Of a DNA stretch of 64,000 nt, positions 10,406-21,161 are shown piece after piece. This DNA comes from an uncultured virus (IMG/VR IMGVR_UViG_2898074128_000002) (lineage: Duplodnaviria > Heunggongvirae > Uroviricota > Caudoviricetes). The stretch's first letter is position 1. Every line of letters starts with the position of its first letter. A model generated the notes under the pieces. The model saw only the letters and a list, made by a program, of their open reading frames with translations, was not told where the DNA came from and ran no database searches. The stretch is taken from the IMG/VR virus record IMGVR_UViG_2898074128_000002; one strand, given 5' to 3'. The position numbers were made by a program, and so were the translations under genes.

Positions 10406-12106
10406 ATGAGAAAGGAGACGAAACGATATATGCCTACTGCTACTGCGACAAAACAAGTGTCACTTCCGGCTTCTATCTATATACCTGAATACCTCGCGGA
10501 TTATTTGACATCCCACCTGTCAGGCGTGACTGTACCTGATGGGATCGACATGTCGTTTCTTCTTGATTTAGGCGTTGGCGCTCTAAGAGCCAAAATACAA
10601 CACACAGAGGAATTCAACATGATCCTCACATCGGGAAAGAAACGAATCCCCGATCGACTCACCTTTGACGAGGTCGCCATTATCATGATGACTTTATTCA
10701 CCTTCAAAAACATACAGATGACCGAACGAACGGATGATACCCTGCTTGGCATCTATATCGACGAAGAGTCTTCGGATAAATACGGCACCTATGTCACAAC
10801 AACCAAATACATGTATGAAATCATGGAGCGTATCGTACCGAACTTCAAAAATAAAGACATGCAGGACGTGATCGATAAAATCGAACGTTCCGCTCCAACC
10901 GTAGAACAGACGACAGACCGCCATCTGTTCATCGTTAAAAACGGCGTTTACGACCAGCGCACGAAAGAACTTTATCCTTTCAGCCCGGATTACGTGTATC
11001 TGACCAAGATCCCGGTCGATTACGTCCCTAACCCGATCAACCCGATCCTTGTGGCGGCGGACGGCTATTCCTGGGATGTGGAATCATGGATTAAAGAGCT
11101 CGCCGTGGATGAGGATACCGCTACACTCATCTGGCAGGTTATCGCAGACTGCCTGCAGCCGCATTACTCCCGTCATAAATCCATCTGGTTCTATTCAGAA
11201 AAAGGGAATAACGGGAAAGGAACAATTGGTCAGCTTATAAAGAACCTGCTTGGAAAAGGTAACTACGCCTCGTTATCCGTGGGGGATTTCAACCATGAGT
11301 TCTTAAAAGAGACCCTTCTCGGTTCTGCAGCGAACATCTCCGATGAAAATGATGTAGATGTCTTTATTGATTCAATTAAAGATTACAAAGCAAGTGTCAC
11401 AGGCGATGACATCAACATCAACCGAAAGTACGAAAAACCGCTCCGGATTCAATTTCTTGGGACAAACATCCAGATGATGAACGGACTGCCGAAAACAAAG
11501 GATAAATCCGACTCCTTTTATAGACGTTTGATTATTGTACCGTTCTTAAAGTCCTTCACCAATAATGGGGAGAGAAAATACATCAAGACCGACTACATCC
11601 ATGAGACTGCCGTTCTGCAGTATGTGCTGTTTAAGGCGCTGAACATGACCTTTGATGAGTACATCACACCGCAAAGCTCCGCAGAACTACTGGAATCATA
11701 CAAAGAGAAGAACAACCCGGTTCTGGAATTCTGGAACGAGTTCAAAGAGGATTTCAAGTGGGATTTGGTACCGACACAGTTCTTATATGACCTTTTCGCG
11801 AAGTGGTTTGATATGAACAACCCCAGCGGAAAGATAATGTCCAAGCGGTCATTCAGCGATACCTTAGCCAATGTGATCCATACCCTGGAAGAACCTTGGG
11901 AAGTGAAAACAGGGCAGAACGACAAAGTCCGTTCCGCCGGTAGAATGGATAAAGATGAGCCTCTTATTACGGAATATGGTCTCGATAAACCGGATAGGGG
12001 CGGAAATCCGACTTGCTGGGTGAATCCAGGGTACAACGGAACAAACGATCAGAAAAAGCGGGAGTTTCCGCGTAAAAAGACGTACCGTGGCATTATTCGC
12101 TTATAA
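10406..12106 (+). CDS. D5/P4-family SF3 helicase (phage/plasmid primase-helicase)
   Basis: D5_N-like IVKNGVYD...FSPDY; Walker A GNNGKGT; ANISDE; RRLIIVPF. Confidence 0.9.
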   Translation: MRKETKRYMPTATATKQVSLPASIYIPEYLADYLTSHLSGVTVPDGIDMSFLLDLGVGALRAKIQHTEEFNMILTSGKKRIPDRLTFDEVAIIMMTLFTFKNIQMTERTDDTLLGIYIDEESSDKYGTYVTTTKYMYEIMERIVPNFKNKDMQDVIDKIERSAPTVEQTTDRHLFIVKNGVYDQRTKELYPFSPDYVYLTKIPVDYVPNPINPILVAADGYSWDVESWIKELAVDEDTATLIWQVIADCLQPHYSRHKSIWFYSEKGNNGKGTIGQLIKNLLGKGNYASLSVGDFNHEFLKETLLGSAANISDENDVDVFIDSIKDYKASVTGDDININRKYEKPLRIQFLGTNIQMMNGLPKTKDKSDSFYRRLIIVPFLKSFTNNGERKYIKTDYIHETAVLQYVLFKALNMTFDEYITPQSSAELLESYKEKNNPVLEFWNEFKEDFKWDLVPTQFLYDLFAKWFDMNNPSGKIMSKRSFSDTLANVIHTLEEPWEVKTGQNDKVRSAGRMDKDEPLITEYGLDKPDRGGNPTCWVNPGYNGTNDQKKREFPRKKTYRGIIRL

Positions 12107-12214
12107 CACGTTATAGCTTGAAGGGCGCGCATACCGCCACGGTATGCCGCACCTTACTTCTTACTATTACATTCATTCTTTATAAACCAAAAAGCACCGA
12201 AAGGAACGATACGC

Positions 12215-15200
12215 ATGGCCTATACCTACAAACAAGACGACATGTTTTACGATGTGGAATCACTATCCAATGTATTTACCGTCGCCTGGTGGCTCCCCCA
12301 CCCCGACATGAATGCGATTATTCTGTCTTACCTCGATGATGACAGTATTATTCAGAGTGAGGCAGATGAAGAATATATCCGCCAGTATATCTATCAATTA
12401 CACCCGCGACTGAAAGCCGCTGGAACTCAGATTGTTTTCGAAAACATTAAACATACCGGCTGTATCAATGAGTTTGTCGGTTCAAACGGCAATACCCACA
12501 GCGTTCTTGGCATGCAGAGCTTCGCGAAGCGCTTGGGTCTGGCCAACCAATCGACGTATTTAAACGCTCGCATCGATGACCGCCATAAAGAAGGTGGCGG
12601 CCTAACATACGATCCGGCTTATTATCCGGTAAAGCAGACAGATCCTGACTATGACGAAAACAGCCACGGTTACCGATTTGGTTACAACTCCACGAACTAC
12701 GATTTAACGATCCTGGCTCACTTATTATCTGCCCTGCACGACTGCCATTTTGGTGCCGATTACACGAACCGACCGGTGCTATGGGATTCAAACGTTCCGT
12801 TCACGGCAAGCATGCTTCGTGATTTTAACGATGAGTTATTCGAAGATGCGTGGAAATCAAAGATGGCGATGAGGCTCGCGCATGCTCCAGGCTCTCATCC
12901 GGACTCTTTCGGGGATTTTAAGAAGCCCGGATGGATTTTACGAAAAGGCTGGCTTCTCTCCGGACGCTACATCGATGTGTCCCGTCTGAACGAGAAACTG
13001 CAAAAAGTGGGACTAAAACGGTTGCTCGGTATGCTTGGACTTCAAATTATGGAATCTGAGAAACTGGAAAACAATACAAAAATCAATAATTTAGAAGAAT
13101 TTGCGGATCTTTTGGCTTACAACATCTCTGATGTTGTGAACCTGCAGCTCCTGTTCGAACATAAAGTCTATCAGAATTCCTTTAACGTACGCGGACAGCT
13201 CCTTAAAACCTATCCTCAGACGGTTTACGGACAGAAGAAGGGGTATGCCCAGAACGGCCGGGAGATGCCCGTAGATGACGGGAATTACACGAATATCCGG
13301 AAAGACCGACTCGCCCGTGACTCGACGAGTGCCAAGTTCGTTGAATACGCGATCGCACCATACCAGCCGATTAAGGACATTCCGGCAGTATCATTTATCT
13401 ATCCATCAGAACTCGAAGCGAAGAAGCTCGGTATCGAGCGGACGGACATCTTAGAAGATACGAAGAAATTCTTCGAGGAAAACGTAACAGCAGATCCGTC
13501 CCATCAGGCCCATAAAGATTTCATGGAAATCTATAACTTCTATGATAATATCCGCGGTCACAACTTTAATTCGTCTAAAGCCTATCAACAGCATTACGGC
13601 AGCGGTGCTCAGGAACCAAAAACGAATCAGTATATTAAACAGCTGATGTCTACGTACAACACCAACCTGTTCTATCACCATAAAGATGAGCAGGGCAGCG
13701 TATACCGTTCCTCCTGCCTGGCGAACTTCTCGATCGGAGGGATTCACGGGGCGGAAGTGAACACGACGCTCTTTAACCAGGATGTGACGGAGTACGAAAA
13801 CGAACGTGCGGTTCAGGATTACGTCGAGGGGTTATATGATTCCGCCACCGAGGCGCTGAACGGCCCGACGTATGTCACACTGCCTGCTGACCTTCCTCTA
13901 ACGGATCGTCTGAAAAAGAAGGTCAAAGACGACGGTACGATTAAAATCCGTGATTTCGTGAAGTCAGGCTCCACCAAGGCGAAGGCAACCTGGAGAGACG
14001 TTCCTGGCGTAGACCTGTTCAAAAAGGGTACATCAGGAAGCTGGCACGTCCAGGACAAATATAAGTTTGTGAGTGTGGGAGAAAGCCATCACGAAGACTT
14101 TACGTCATACTATCCGCTGTTACTGTCACGATTATCCGTGTTCATCAATCCGAGCTATCACGGCTATAAGGACAACGGTGATCCGGCTGATCCATATGAT
14201 GACATGTTCCAGGAGCGATTAATTAAGAAAAAAGAAGCAAAAAATATGAACTTATCCGAACTCATTCGTGAATTAGCAAACATCGAGCAGGAATCTCGTA
14301 AACTCTTAATTAACGCGGCATCAGGTGCCGGTGACGCTACATTTGATAACAATATCCGGGCAAATAACGCCGTGATCTCGATGCGTATTATCGGGCAGCT
14401 CTTTGCATGGCGCATTGGACAGGCCCAGGCCCTTGCCGGCGCCCGTGTACCGTCTACAAACACAGATGGCCTGTATACGATGGATATTTCCGCAGAGGTA
14501 AACGATCGTATCTTAGAAGAAATCTCCAAGGATATGTACATCGGGATTGAACCGGAACGATTAGACCGCTTTGTTTCTAAGGATTCAAACAATCGTCTCG
14601 AAGTCTATGAGGGTAAGATAACCTCTGCAAAAGGCGGCACGCTTAACTCCTGGGGTGGTCCGCAACCGACGCAATCATTGGACCATGCTGCTGTCATCGA
14701 CCGTATCTTAGCAAAATACCTGGCCGATGAGCGACTGGAAAATCCAGCGGATCACGAATTCGACCGGGCGCACGCAGAAAAAATGTTCCAGGAGTTTATT
14801 CAGGAACATGTCCAAAATGGCACCCCGCAGGAAGCGCTGAAGTTCTTCCAGTGGATCGTCGCAAGCTCCACCGGTACTCACCGCTATCACTATGCGAAAC
14901 TGGTAAACAAGCACACTGGCGAAATCGCGATTAAGAACTTACAGCATTATAACCGCATTTTCTTAATCAAAGAGACGGGTGAACCGATCCGTCAGGAATT
15001 ATATCTCGCCACACGCCGCGTGATTGATAAGCAGAAATGGACGAAGCGGGAAAAAGAATACAAAAACGGCGAGCGCATGCGCAATGACCTATGGGAGCAT
15101 GATGCAGACGCACTTGATATCTTGGCGCAAAACGGCCTTGACTTAAACGAACATAATCAAAATCCGGCATCAGCACATCACAAAGACGAAGCGAAAACCA

Positions 15201-15361
15201 TGAAGATTCGTACCATGCCGGCTAACCAGCACGTCGGCATCTACAACCAGTCGGTTGTAGACTTGCCGGACGACCAGGCGCTCCAGATGATTCAAATGCT
15301 GGATGTGAAAGCATATACGGACATTCTGGAACACACCTTTAAGTCCTGGTCAAATATTTAA
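12215..15361 (+). CDS. Divergent B-family-like DNA polymerase with 3'-5' exonuclease
   Basis: Exo I FYDVES, Exo II GYNSTNYD, Exo III YNISDV; pol motifs DFTSYYP, KLLINAASG, STNTDGL. Confidence 0.85.
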   Translation: MAYTYKQDDMFYDVESLSNVFTVAWWLPHPDMNAIILSYLDDDSIIQSEADEEYIRQYIYQLHPRLKAAGTQIVFENIKHTGCINEFVGSNGNTHSVLGMQSFAKRLGLANQSTYLNARIDDRHKEGGGLTYDPAYYPVKQTDPDYDENSHGYRFGYNSTNYDLTILAHLLSALHDCHFGADYTNRPVLWDSNVPFTASMLRDFNDELFEDAWKSKMAMRLAHAPGSHPDSFGDFKKPGWILRKGWLLSGRYIDVSRLNEKLQKVGLKRLLGMLGLQIMESEKLENNTKINNLEEFADLLAYNISDVVNLQLLFEHKVYQNSFNVRGQLLKTYPQTVYGQKKGYAQNGREMPVDDGNYTNIRKDRLARDSTSAKFVEYAIAPYQPIKDIPAVSFIYPSELEAKKLGIERTDILEDTKKFFEENVTADPSHQAHKDFMEIYNFYDNIRGHNFNSSKAYQQHYGSGAQEPKTNQYIKQLMSTYNTNLFYHHKDEQGSVYRSSCLANFSIGGIHGAEVNTTLFNQDVTEYENERAVQDYVEGLYDSATEALNGPTYVTLPADLPLTDRLKKKVKDDGTIKIRDFVKSGSTKAKATWRDVPGVDLFKKGTSGSWHVQDKYKFVSVGESHHEDFTSYYPLLLSRLSVFINPSYHGYKDNGDPADPYDDMFQERLIKKKEAKNMNLSELIRELANIEQESRKLLINAASGAGDATFDNNIRANNAVISMRIIGQLFAWRIGQAQALAGARVPSTNTDGLYTMDISAEVNDRILEEISKDMYIGIEPERLDRFVSKDSNNRLEVYEGKITSAKGGTLNSWGGPQPTQSLDHAAVIDRILAKYLADERLENPADHEFDRAHAEKMFQEFIQEHVQNGTPQEALKFFQWIVASSTGTHRYHYAKLVNKHTGEIAIKNLQHYNRIFLIKETGEPIRQELYLATRRVIDKQKWTKREKEYKNGERMRNDLWEHDADALDILAQNGLDLNEHNQNPASAHHKDEAKTMKIRTMPANQHVGIYNQSVVDLPDDQALQMIQMLDVKAYTDILEHTFKSWSNI

Positions 15362-15433
15362 TTAAAAGAAGCGTCAACGCCCCTGCTGTTCTCGCGGGGG
15401 CGTTCTTTATGCTTCGAGAAAGGAATGAGATAA

Positions 15434-16066
15434 ATGAGCAGCCGTATTAAACGAAAATACAGGGTCCCCCGGGCTCAGTTCAAAAAGGAACTTGTGGAAG
15501 CCTGCACAGGAAACCCGGCACTTGCCACTTTAATCATTGAAACGTACACTGCGTGGCACCACAAACGCCATATCTGTAGTATCTGGGGGATGTTTCGCAA
15601 TCCCGCCTACGCCAACTTCCAAAAAGATTACAGCGATAACTTGATGGGTCGTTATTTGAGCGGACGCATCGATATCTGGCGCTCGCTTCACTTCGCTGGA
15701 GAAAAGGATCTTTGCGAAAAATACCGGAGTAAAATACCGGAGCGTTATGCCCTCGGTGACGCGCTCAGCGTTGCGTATTGGACCATGTATAACAAGCCGT
15801 CTGTGGACGAGATCGAGCCGGTGGAGATCCGCGATGAATTGACACCGTTATTCATCCAACATAACGGTGCTACCCTTCGCGCCTGCATTGGAGGGTCAGG
15901 TAACGGTAAAGGATTACTGTTCACGATTTCTTATGATAATGGCGATGAGGAGGATGACTGCTCGCTGATGACTTTCACCAAACAAGACGCCATACGGCTC
16001 CGTAACCTGTTAAACCAAGCCATAGGCAGTGATCTGTTTGACAAAACCCAAGTCAAAGGGATGTAA
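15434..16066 (+). CDS. Hypothetical protein
   Basis: RBS AAAGGA; 210 aa. Confidence 0.7.
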   Translation: MSSRIKRKYRVPRAQFKKELVEACTGNPALATLIIETYTAWHHKRHICSIWGMFRNPAYANFQKDYSDNLMGRYLSGRIDIWRSLHFAGEKDLCEKYRSKIPERYALGDALSVAYWTMYNKPSVDEIEPVEIRDELTPLFIQHNGATLRACIGGSGNGKGLLFTISYDNGDEEDDCSLMTFTKQDAIRLRNLLNQAIGSDLFDKTQVKGM

Positions 16067-16119
16067 GACCATCCCCCGCTAACCCCAGCGGGAGGCATTC
16101 TTTCAGACTATAAAGGAGC

Positions 16120-16440
16120 GTGATCCAAATGAGCCAGCAAAGTAAATGGGCAGAAATCCGTAACGACTATATCGAAGAAGATGGTGTATTTCACGTCCTC
16201 CATGTAGACGCATGGAGGACGGATGATGACAACGAAGAAACAGAGGTAATCGCCAAGCTCGTTGGTATTAATAAAGACGGCAAGTCTCATATCTACCTGT
16301 CTTATCATAACCCTGACGCACAAATCGATCCGTATGCAAAGGAAGTCATCCAGGAAGCGGATAAACTGCTGCGGGAGCATCTAAACGATCAATTTTTACA
16401 ACCGCATGAAGCAATTTACCCCTCACTCAAAGAGGATTAA
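16120..16440 (+). CDS. Hypothetical protein
   Basis: RBS AAAGGAG. Confidence 0.65.
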   Translation: MIQMSQQSKWAEIRNDYIEEDGVFHVLHVDAWRTDDDNEETEVIAKLVGINKDGKSHIYLSYHNPDAQIDPYAKEVIQEADKLLREHLNDQFLQPHEAIYPSLKED

Positions 16441-16443
16441 GGA

Positions 16444-16692
16444 GTGTTCGTCATGAAAACCAGCACGCTTCCGATTCTGTATACGCCCCGCTCACTGCAT
16501 GACGAATGGAGTCGTCGTTACAAAGAAACAAGCGCCCGCATCAAGGAGCTCCGGGAAAAACTGAAAGCTACGACTGACCCCGACGATCAACTGGCCATGA
16601 ATGCAGAAATTCAGGAACTATGCATTCAGGCCAACCTGATTCATCAATTTCTGGCCGACCTCGGACCGATGGTGTTGGCCGACCAAAATTAA
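16444..16692 (+). CDS. Hypothetical coiled-coil protein
   Basis: RBS AAGGAG. Confidence 0.6.
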   Translation: MFVMKTSTLPILYTPRSLHDEWSRRYKETSARIKELREKLKATTDPDDQLAMNAEIQELCIQANLIHQFLADLGPMVLADQN

Positions 16693-16762
16693 TCATGCGT
16701 CGTCAGCTGCGAGTACTTGGCGCTGACGACCAATAAAACAAGAAAAGATTGGATGGTGCACT

Positions 16763-16963
16763 ATGGCAACCCCTGCTATCAAACCCCTTATCGAAACACA
16801 AAACCCATTTACAGCCGCCCCTCCCCACTCCTATTGGGTCTTTACAGAAAAAGGGGCCCGCATCCACAAGACTAAACCAGGCACCGTTGTACAGGGTAAC
16901 CCATACCTGATTCCAAGCATGTGGGTCAACGAAGGGCTTGTTGTAGCTGAGGAGCTTGAATAA
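16763..16963 (+). CDS. Hypothetical protein
   Basis: ORF in co-oriented run. Confidence 0.55.
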   Translation: MATPAIKPLIETQNPFTAAPPHSYWVFTEKGARIHKTKPGTVVQGNPYLIPSMWVNEGLVVAEELE

Positions 16964-17010
16964 TAAAGAATAAAAATGGATGGAATTGGTAATGGAAAGG
17001 GTGAAATTAG

Positions 17011-17184
17011 ATGAAGGAAGTTCAAGTAAAAAGGTTAGGGAAATCCACAGGACAGTTTATTGGAAAATTTATTATAGGATCACTAGCTTTTGCATTCTTT
17101 TACTTTGGTCTGTATCTATTTGCTGAACTCCCTTTTGAGGCGCTGCTCATACTGTTACTCACATGCATTATCGTTGATAAGTGA
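17011..17184 (+). CDS. Small membrane protein (paralog of 17499-17678); below ORF-track cutoff
   Basis: MKEVQVKRLGKSTGQFIGKFIIGSLAFAFFYFGLYLFAELPFEALLILLLTCIIVDK; RBS GGAAAGGG. Confidence 0.65.
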   Translation: MKEVQVKRLGKSTGQFIGKFIIGSLAFAFFYFGLYLFAELPFEALLILLLTCIIVDK

Positions 17185-17241
17185 GCGGCAACAAATAAAG
17201 GATTATTTTTTTTGCACCTATATGACGAAAGGATGAGCTGA

Positions 17242-17415
17242 ATGTTAGAAATCACATTAAAATCCGTAGAAGACGACAGAAAAGAATTCATAGATACGAT
17301 TAACGGCTCGGACATAACGCAAGAGGAATCCGACATACTTATGGGTCTTTTCGATAACGTTATTCAATCCTACGAAGTGAGTAAAAAATATCCAACACTT
17401 AGAGAAACGGTCTAA
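17242..17415 (+). CDS. Small hypothetical protein
   Basis: RBS GAAAGGA; 57 aa. Confidence 0.55.
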   Translation: MLEITLKSVEDDRKEFIDTINGSDITQEESDILMGLFDNVIQSYEVSKKYPTLRETV

Positions 17416-17498
17416 TTATTAATGGTGAACTATTCAATGATTTACGGTTGCTGTTTCATAACCTGATTTCCACGACCTAATAGAAAGGATGAAGCGAG

Positions 17499-17678
17499 AT
17501 GAAGGCAGCTCAAGCAGAAACGCAAGGGAGATCCACAGTACTGTTCGCGGTGAGATTTAGTATAGGATTGCTGGCTTTCGTATCCTTTTACTTTGGTCTA
17601 TATCGATTTGCCGAAACGGAGTACGTAGCTCTGCTCACACTCCTACTCACGGCTGCTTTGGTTGACAGGTTCGGTTAA
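17499..17678 (+). CDS. Small membrane protein (paralog of 17011-17184)
   Basis: MKAAQAETQGRSTVLFAVRFSIGLLAFVSFYFGLYRFAETEYVALLTLLLTAALVDRFG. Confidence 0.65.
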   Translation: MKAAQAETQGRSTVLFAVRFSIGLLAFVSFYFGLYRFAETEYVALLTLLLTAALVDRFG

Positions 17679-17941
17679 TAAGGGAACGGAAGAAAAACTT
17701 AAAAATACAGAAAGGGGAATTTCACATGCTTAAAAAATTCAAAGGTTTCAAATATGAAGAAGTAAAGAAAAAATGGGAAAAAGGCGATGCACTTACAGCA
17801 GAAGAGATAGCTGGTCTTTTCGCTATGGTTGACGCTAAAAATGACAGGTTAGAAGCAATAAAGGCATTAGTGGAAGATTAATAGGTTGTACTAAAATCCA
17901 ATCTGTATAAAGACACCAAACAATAGAAAGGGGAATCAGGT

Positions 17942-18199
17942 ATGGCATTCAGACGAAAAAGAATAAAAGACCCCAACGGCAATTTTAGAGAACACCCTGT
18001 CACCTGCTCCATCTGTAAAGATAAGACAGCCTTTCACACGATGCACGGCGGTCATGTAGGACATTACAAAAACTACGGCGGAAAAACGTGCTGTGACGAT
18101 TGTGTAGTTGCCGTTCGAGAGGAAGAAAACAAGTTACACGCCAGAGACAGCGGTCACATGACAGAGGCGGACTGGCAGACGTGGGGTAATAAGAGTTAG
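17942..18199 (+). CDS. Small Cys/His-rich hypothetical protein
   Basis: RBS AAAGGGG; CxxC and CCxxC. Confidence 0.65.
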   Translation: MAFRRKRIKDPNGNFREHPVTCSICKDKTAFHTMHGGHVGHYKNYGGKTCCDDCVVAVREEENKLHARDSGHMTEADWQTWGNKS

Positions 18200-18675
18200 T
18201 GATTCGACTGTAAAAGAAAGGGTGATAAGTATGAGATTCAAAGTAATTTATCAGCAGGATATAACTATTACTCGCGAAGCGATCGTTAAAGCCGATTCTG
18301 AAGAACAAGCGATGGATAAGGCTTGTGCTGGCGATAGTATCCATGAAAAAGAGATCGAAAGAAAAGTGATTGAAAATAGGCCGAACGAAACGGAACGGTT
18401 AAATGGTTGATACATCTTTAGGGGTCAGTAACCCTTTAATTTGGTGAAAACCTACCGTTTAGACAAAAACTGTGAAGGAGGCAATTTCTAATGGTATCGG
18501 AAAATATGAAAAAAGACATTCAAGAAAGGGCTATGGGCATCATTGAATCGTTAAAAGGAAATGAGGAACTCGCAAATTTCGTGGAAGAATTAGAAGAAGG
18601 TAATGAATTTTAAAATTCTTGTTCGCAGTACGATAAGGTAGTTCAGACAAATACTGTGCAATAAGGAGGAGTCTC

Positions 18676-18885
18676 ATGCCAAGATTCAATATCGGTGATA
18701 AATTTGTTCTTATAGGTGAAGAAGAAAATGTAAAAATTCAAATAACTGAAGTTTGCGACAAAAAACCAAAAATAGAACAAGAGTATGTAGTGAGCGCTTT
18801 CAGTTCATACAAACCAAAAGGAAAAGAGAATTTTTCTCACACTATAAAAGAGAATTTAATATCAAGAAGTTTCAGAAAATCGTAG
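18676..18885 (+). CDS. Hypothetical protein (AT-rich cassette-like gene)
   Basis: RBS AAGGAGG preceded by junction motif. Confidence 0.65.
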   Translation: MPRFNIGDKFVLIGEEENVKIQITEVCDKKPKIEQEYVVSAFSSYKPKGKENFSHTIKENLISRSFRKS

Positions 18886-18963
18886 ATGAAGTTTTTACAA
18901 TATTCAATCCTAATGATAACCTGCAAGATAGAACCAAAATCGGGTACAAAAGGAGGAATGGCT

Positions 18964-19140
18964 ATGAATCAAACATCAAAAATAACTTGCCCTGCATGTA
19001 AGAAAGATCAAAACGAAGACATCCACGATTTAACCATGGACGCAGGAGATATGGACGGTGAATTCCCCCATATCTGTGAGCATTGCAAGAAAGAATTCAA
19101 GGTAGAATTTTGCTATAAACCTTATGTTAGATGTTATTAA
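18964..19140 (+). CDS. Zn-ribbon small protein
   Basis: CPAC...CEHC; RBS AGGAGG. Confidence 0.6.
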   Translation: MNQTSKITCPACKKDQNEDIHDLTMDAGDMDGEFPHICEHCKKEFKVEFCYKPYVRCY

Positions 19141-19601
19141 ACAGCGGGTGAGGTGAAACTTCATGGCCACATTCCAGAGGCAGCTCAAAGCAGAAACGAA
19201 TAAATCCTTTGATGTAATTGACTACGGGAAAGACGGACAATTCCCTGAACCGAGAGTCAAAGGGAAAGATAAAAAACTCCGGTCAAAATACCAGCGCACG
19301 CTGGAAAAAAGGTTTTTGCAGAAAGAATCAAAACAGAATTTAGTTACATAAATAAGGACCCGGCTGAGTCGTAGGGCTGACACGACTACCAGCCGCGATA
19401 AACAGACTGACGTTCCCGGTGCGCTAACGTGGTTGAGCGCATCCTTGTAAAACGCTGTGCGTGTGACCACACACACCACACCCACCGGCTCAAGCGTAAG
19501 GGTTAGGAGAACCGGCTTTTCTTGTGAATTATAAACTACCATTTACGCAGCGTAAGTGGTCTGAAAAGGTCAGCGGGGAACCCTTAATCTCCGCGTTATG
19601 T

Positions 19602-19678
19602 ATGGGCGCATGTTCCAAGGCTGGCGATACGGTCTCCAAAACCGAATGTGGCAGGTTCGATTCCTGCCGCCCGTGCCA
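19602..19678 (+). tRNA. trnW: tRNA-Trp (CCA anticodon), atypical D-arm, encoded 3' CCA
   Basis: Acceptor ATGGGCG/CGCCCGT, anticodon arm CGGT-CTCCAAA-ACCG, T-arm GCAGG-TTCGATT-CCTGC, terminal GCCA. Confidence 0.88.
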
Positions 19679-19747
19679 ATTAAATCATTTATTTTAATAA
19701 ATTATTCGTCTAGGACCAGTTGAGAATTAATACGGGAGGCTTGATTA

Positions 19748-20032
19748 ATGAGACAGTTTGAAATTGTATCTTCTCCAGTAACACAGCAAATCATTAATGA
19801 TATTAGTATAGATAATGGGATTCCCAGCTTCTCAAATCCCTTCACTGTTATCTACACTACAGAGGATCAAGAGTATACGGTAGATACCTTTTCATCGGAG
19901 GATCAAATGAAAAATCACATCTATGATTTGATTGAAAATAAGATGGGGCCGTCCGATAACTGGACTATCTTCGGTGTGTATTCCTTCAATACTCCGATCA
20001 ACCTAACCGTATCGGTATCTATCACTATTTAA
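19748..20032 (+). CDS. Hypothetical protein
   Basis: RBS GGGAGG. Confidence 0.65.
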   Translation: MRQFEIVSSPVTQQIINDISIDNGIPSFSNPFTVIYTTEDQEYTVDTFSSEDQMKNHIYDLIENKMGPSDNWTIFGVYSFNTPINLTVSVSITI

Positions 20033-20626
20033 CATTACCCCCGTGCTAAAGAGGGGGAGCTAACTCCCCCATAAATCCTTACCCGCACTATTTACGATTT
20101 TATTAAAGCGCCTTTTTTCATCGAGCGTTAATTCAGACATGATGTCCCCCTCTTCTCCCCTTCCACATGAGCAATCGCTGGAGAAAAAGGCGGAAACGAC
20201 TCATTTCTGACTGCCGCAATAATACGTTCTTTTTTCATAACAACACTACCTTTCGATAAAGATAGATTAATATTAAATCCCAGGCTGTCTTTGTCAATAA
20301 GAGTTTCTCTAAGACGTGTGTAGTGCATTGTTTTAAGACAATATATAGTCCGGGCACAATTTACAAAGGAGGGCTTGCATGTTTATCCTTATCGAAATTG
20401 ATAATGACTGGACCGTGGGTATTGATTGGAGAAAGCACTGTAAAGGTATTAGGCTTGGCTATTTTGCGATACATTGGTTCAACATGAAGTACAAAGATTA
20501 CATGGGAACAGTGAGTGAAGGGTATCACCAGGAAAGATTAAAACGAATGAAACAATAAAAAATTAATAATTCAAAAGCGTCCTGGTATTCAGGTACAAAT
20601 CATGAAAAAGAAAGGTGCGAGTGTTC

Positions 20627-20881
20627 ATGGCCAAATTAGTTGTAACATATACACCCGATGGAAAAGTAAAGAACGAACTTACATACAAAGATGAAGTTTT
20701 CTCTTACACCATGGTTCCCGACGAGGATGGGAAAACCGGAGATGACAAAGTATTTGAGGTTCAAGTAGCAAATAAATTTCCGAATGAACCGGATGAAGTG
20801 ATAGAGGCTTTAGAGGAATTAGGATTTGCGGATGAAGATGACATTGAAGAGTGTCTCACCACCCTATCAAATTATGAGTAA
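20627..20881 (+). CDS. Hypothetical acidic protein
   Basis: RBS GAAAGGTG. Confidence 0.65.
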   Translation: MAKLVVTYTPDGKVKNELTYKDEVFSYTMVPDEDGKTGDDKVFEVQVANKFPNEPDEVIEALEELGFADEDDIEECLTTLSNYE

Positions 20882-20918
20882 CGAGCGCAGTATGAAAACA
20901 ACGAAAGGAGAAATAAAC

Positions 20919-21161
20919 ATGTCACAAAAATTAATATTAATCTTTTTATTAATGCTCCTTCCGGCCTGCGCTTCGCCCACTGAAGGGTCTGAACCCGCCT
21001 CAGAACGTTTCGGGGTGAACGGTACGACCATCATTACTGATGGAGAAACAGGATGTAAATACTTATTCTTCAAAAATGGGTATGGTGGTGGATTATCTCC
21101 TCTGTATGACGAAAACGGAGAACTGTATTGCGGAATGAAGGGGGAGGATAATCATGAGTAA
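20919..21161 (+). CDS. Small lipoprotein (DUF6440-like)
   Basis: Lipobox LPAC; IITDGETGCKYLF..GYGGGLSPLYDENG. Confidence 0.7.
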   Translation: MSQKLILIFLLMLLPACASPTEGSEPASERFGVNGTTIITDGETGCKYLFFKNGYGGGLSPLYDENGELYCGMKGEDNHE

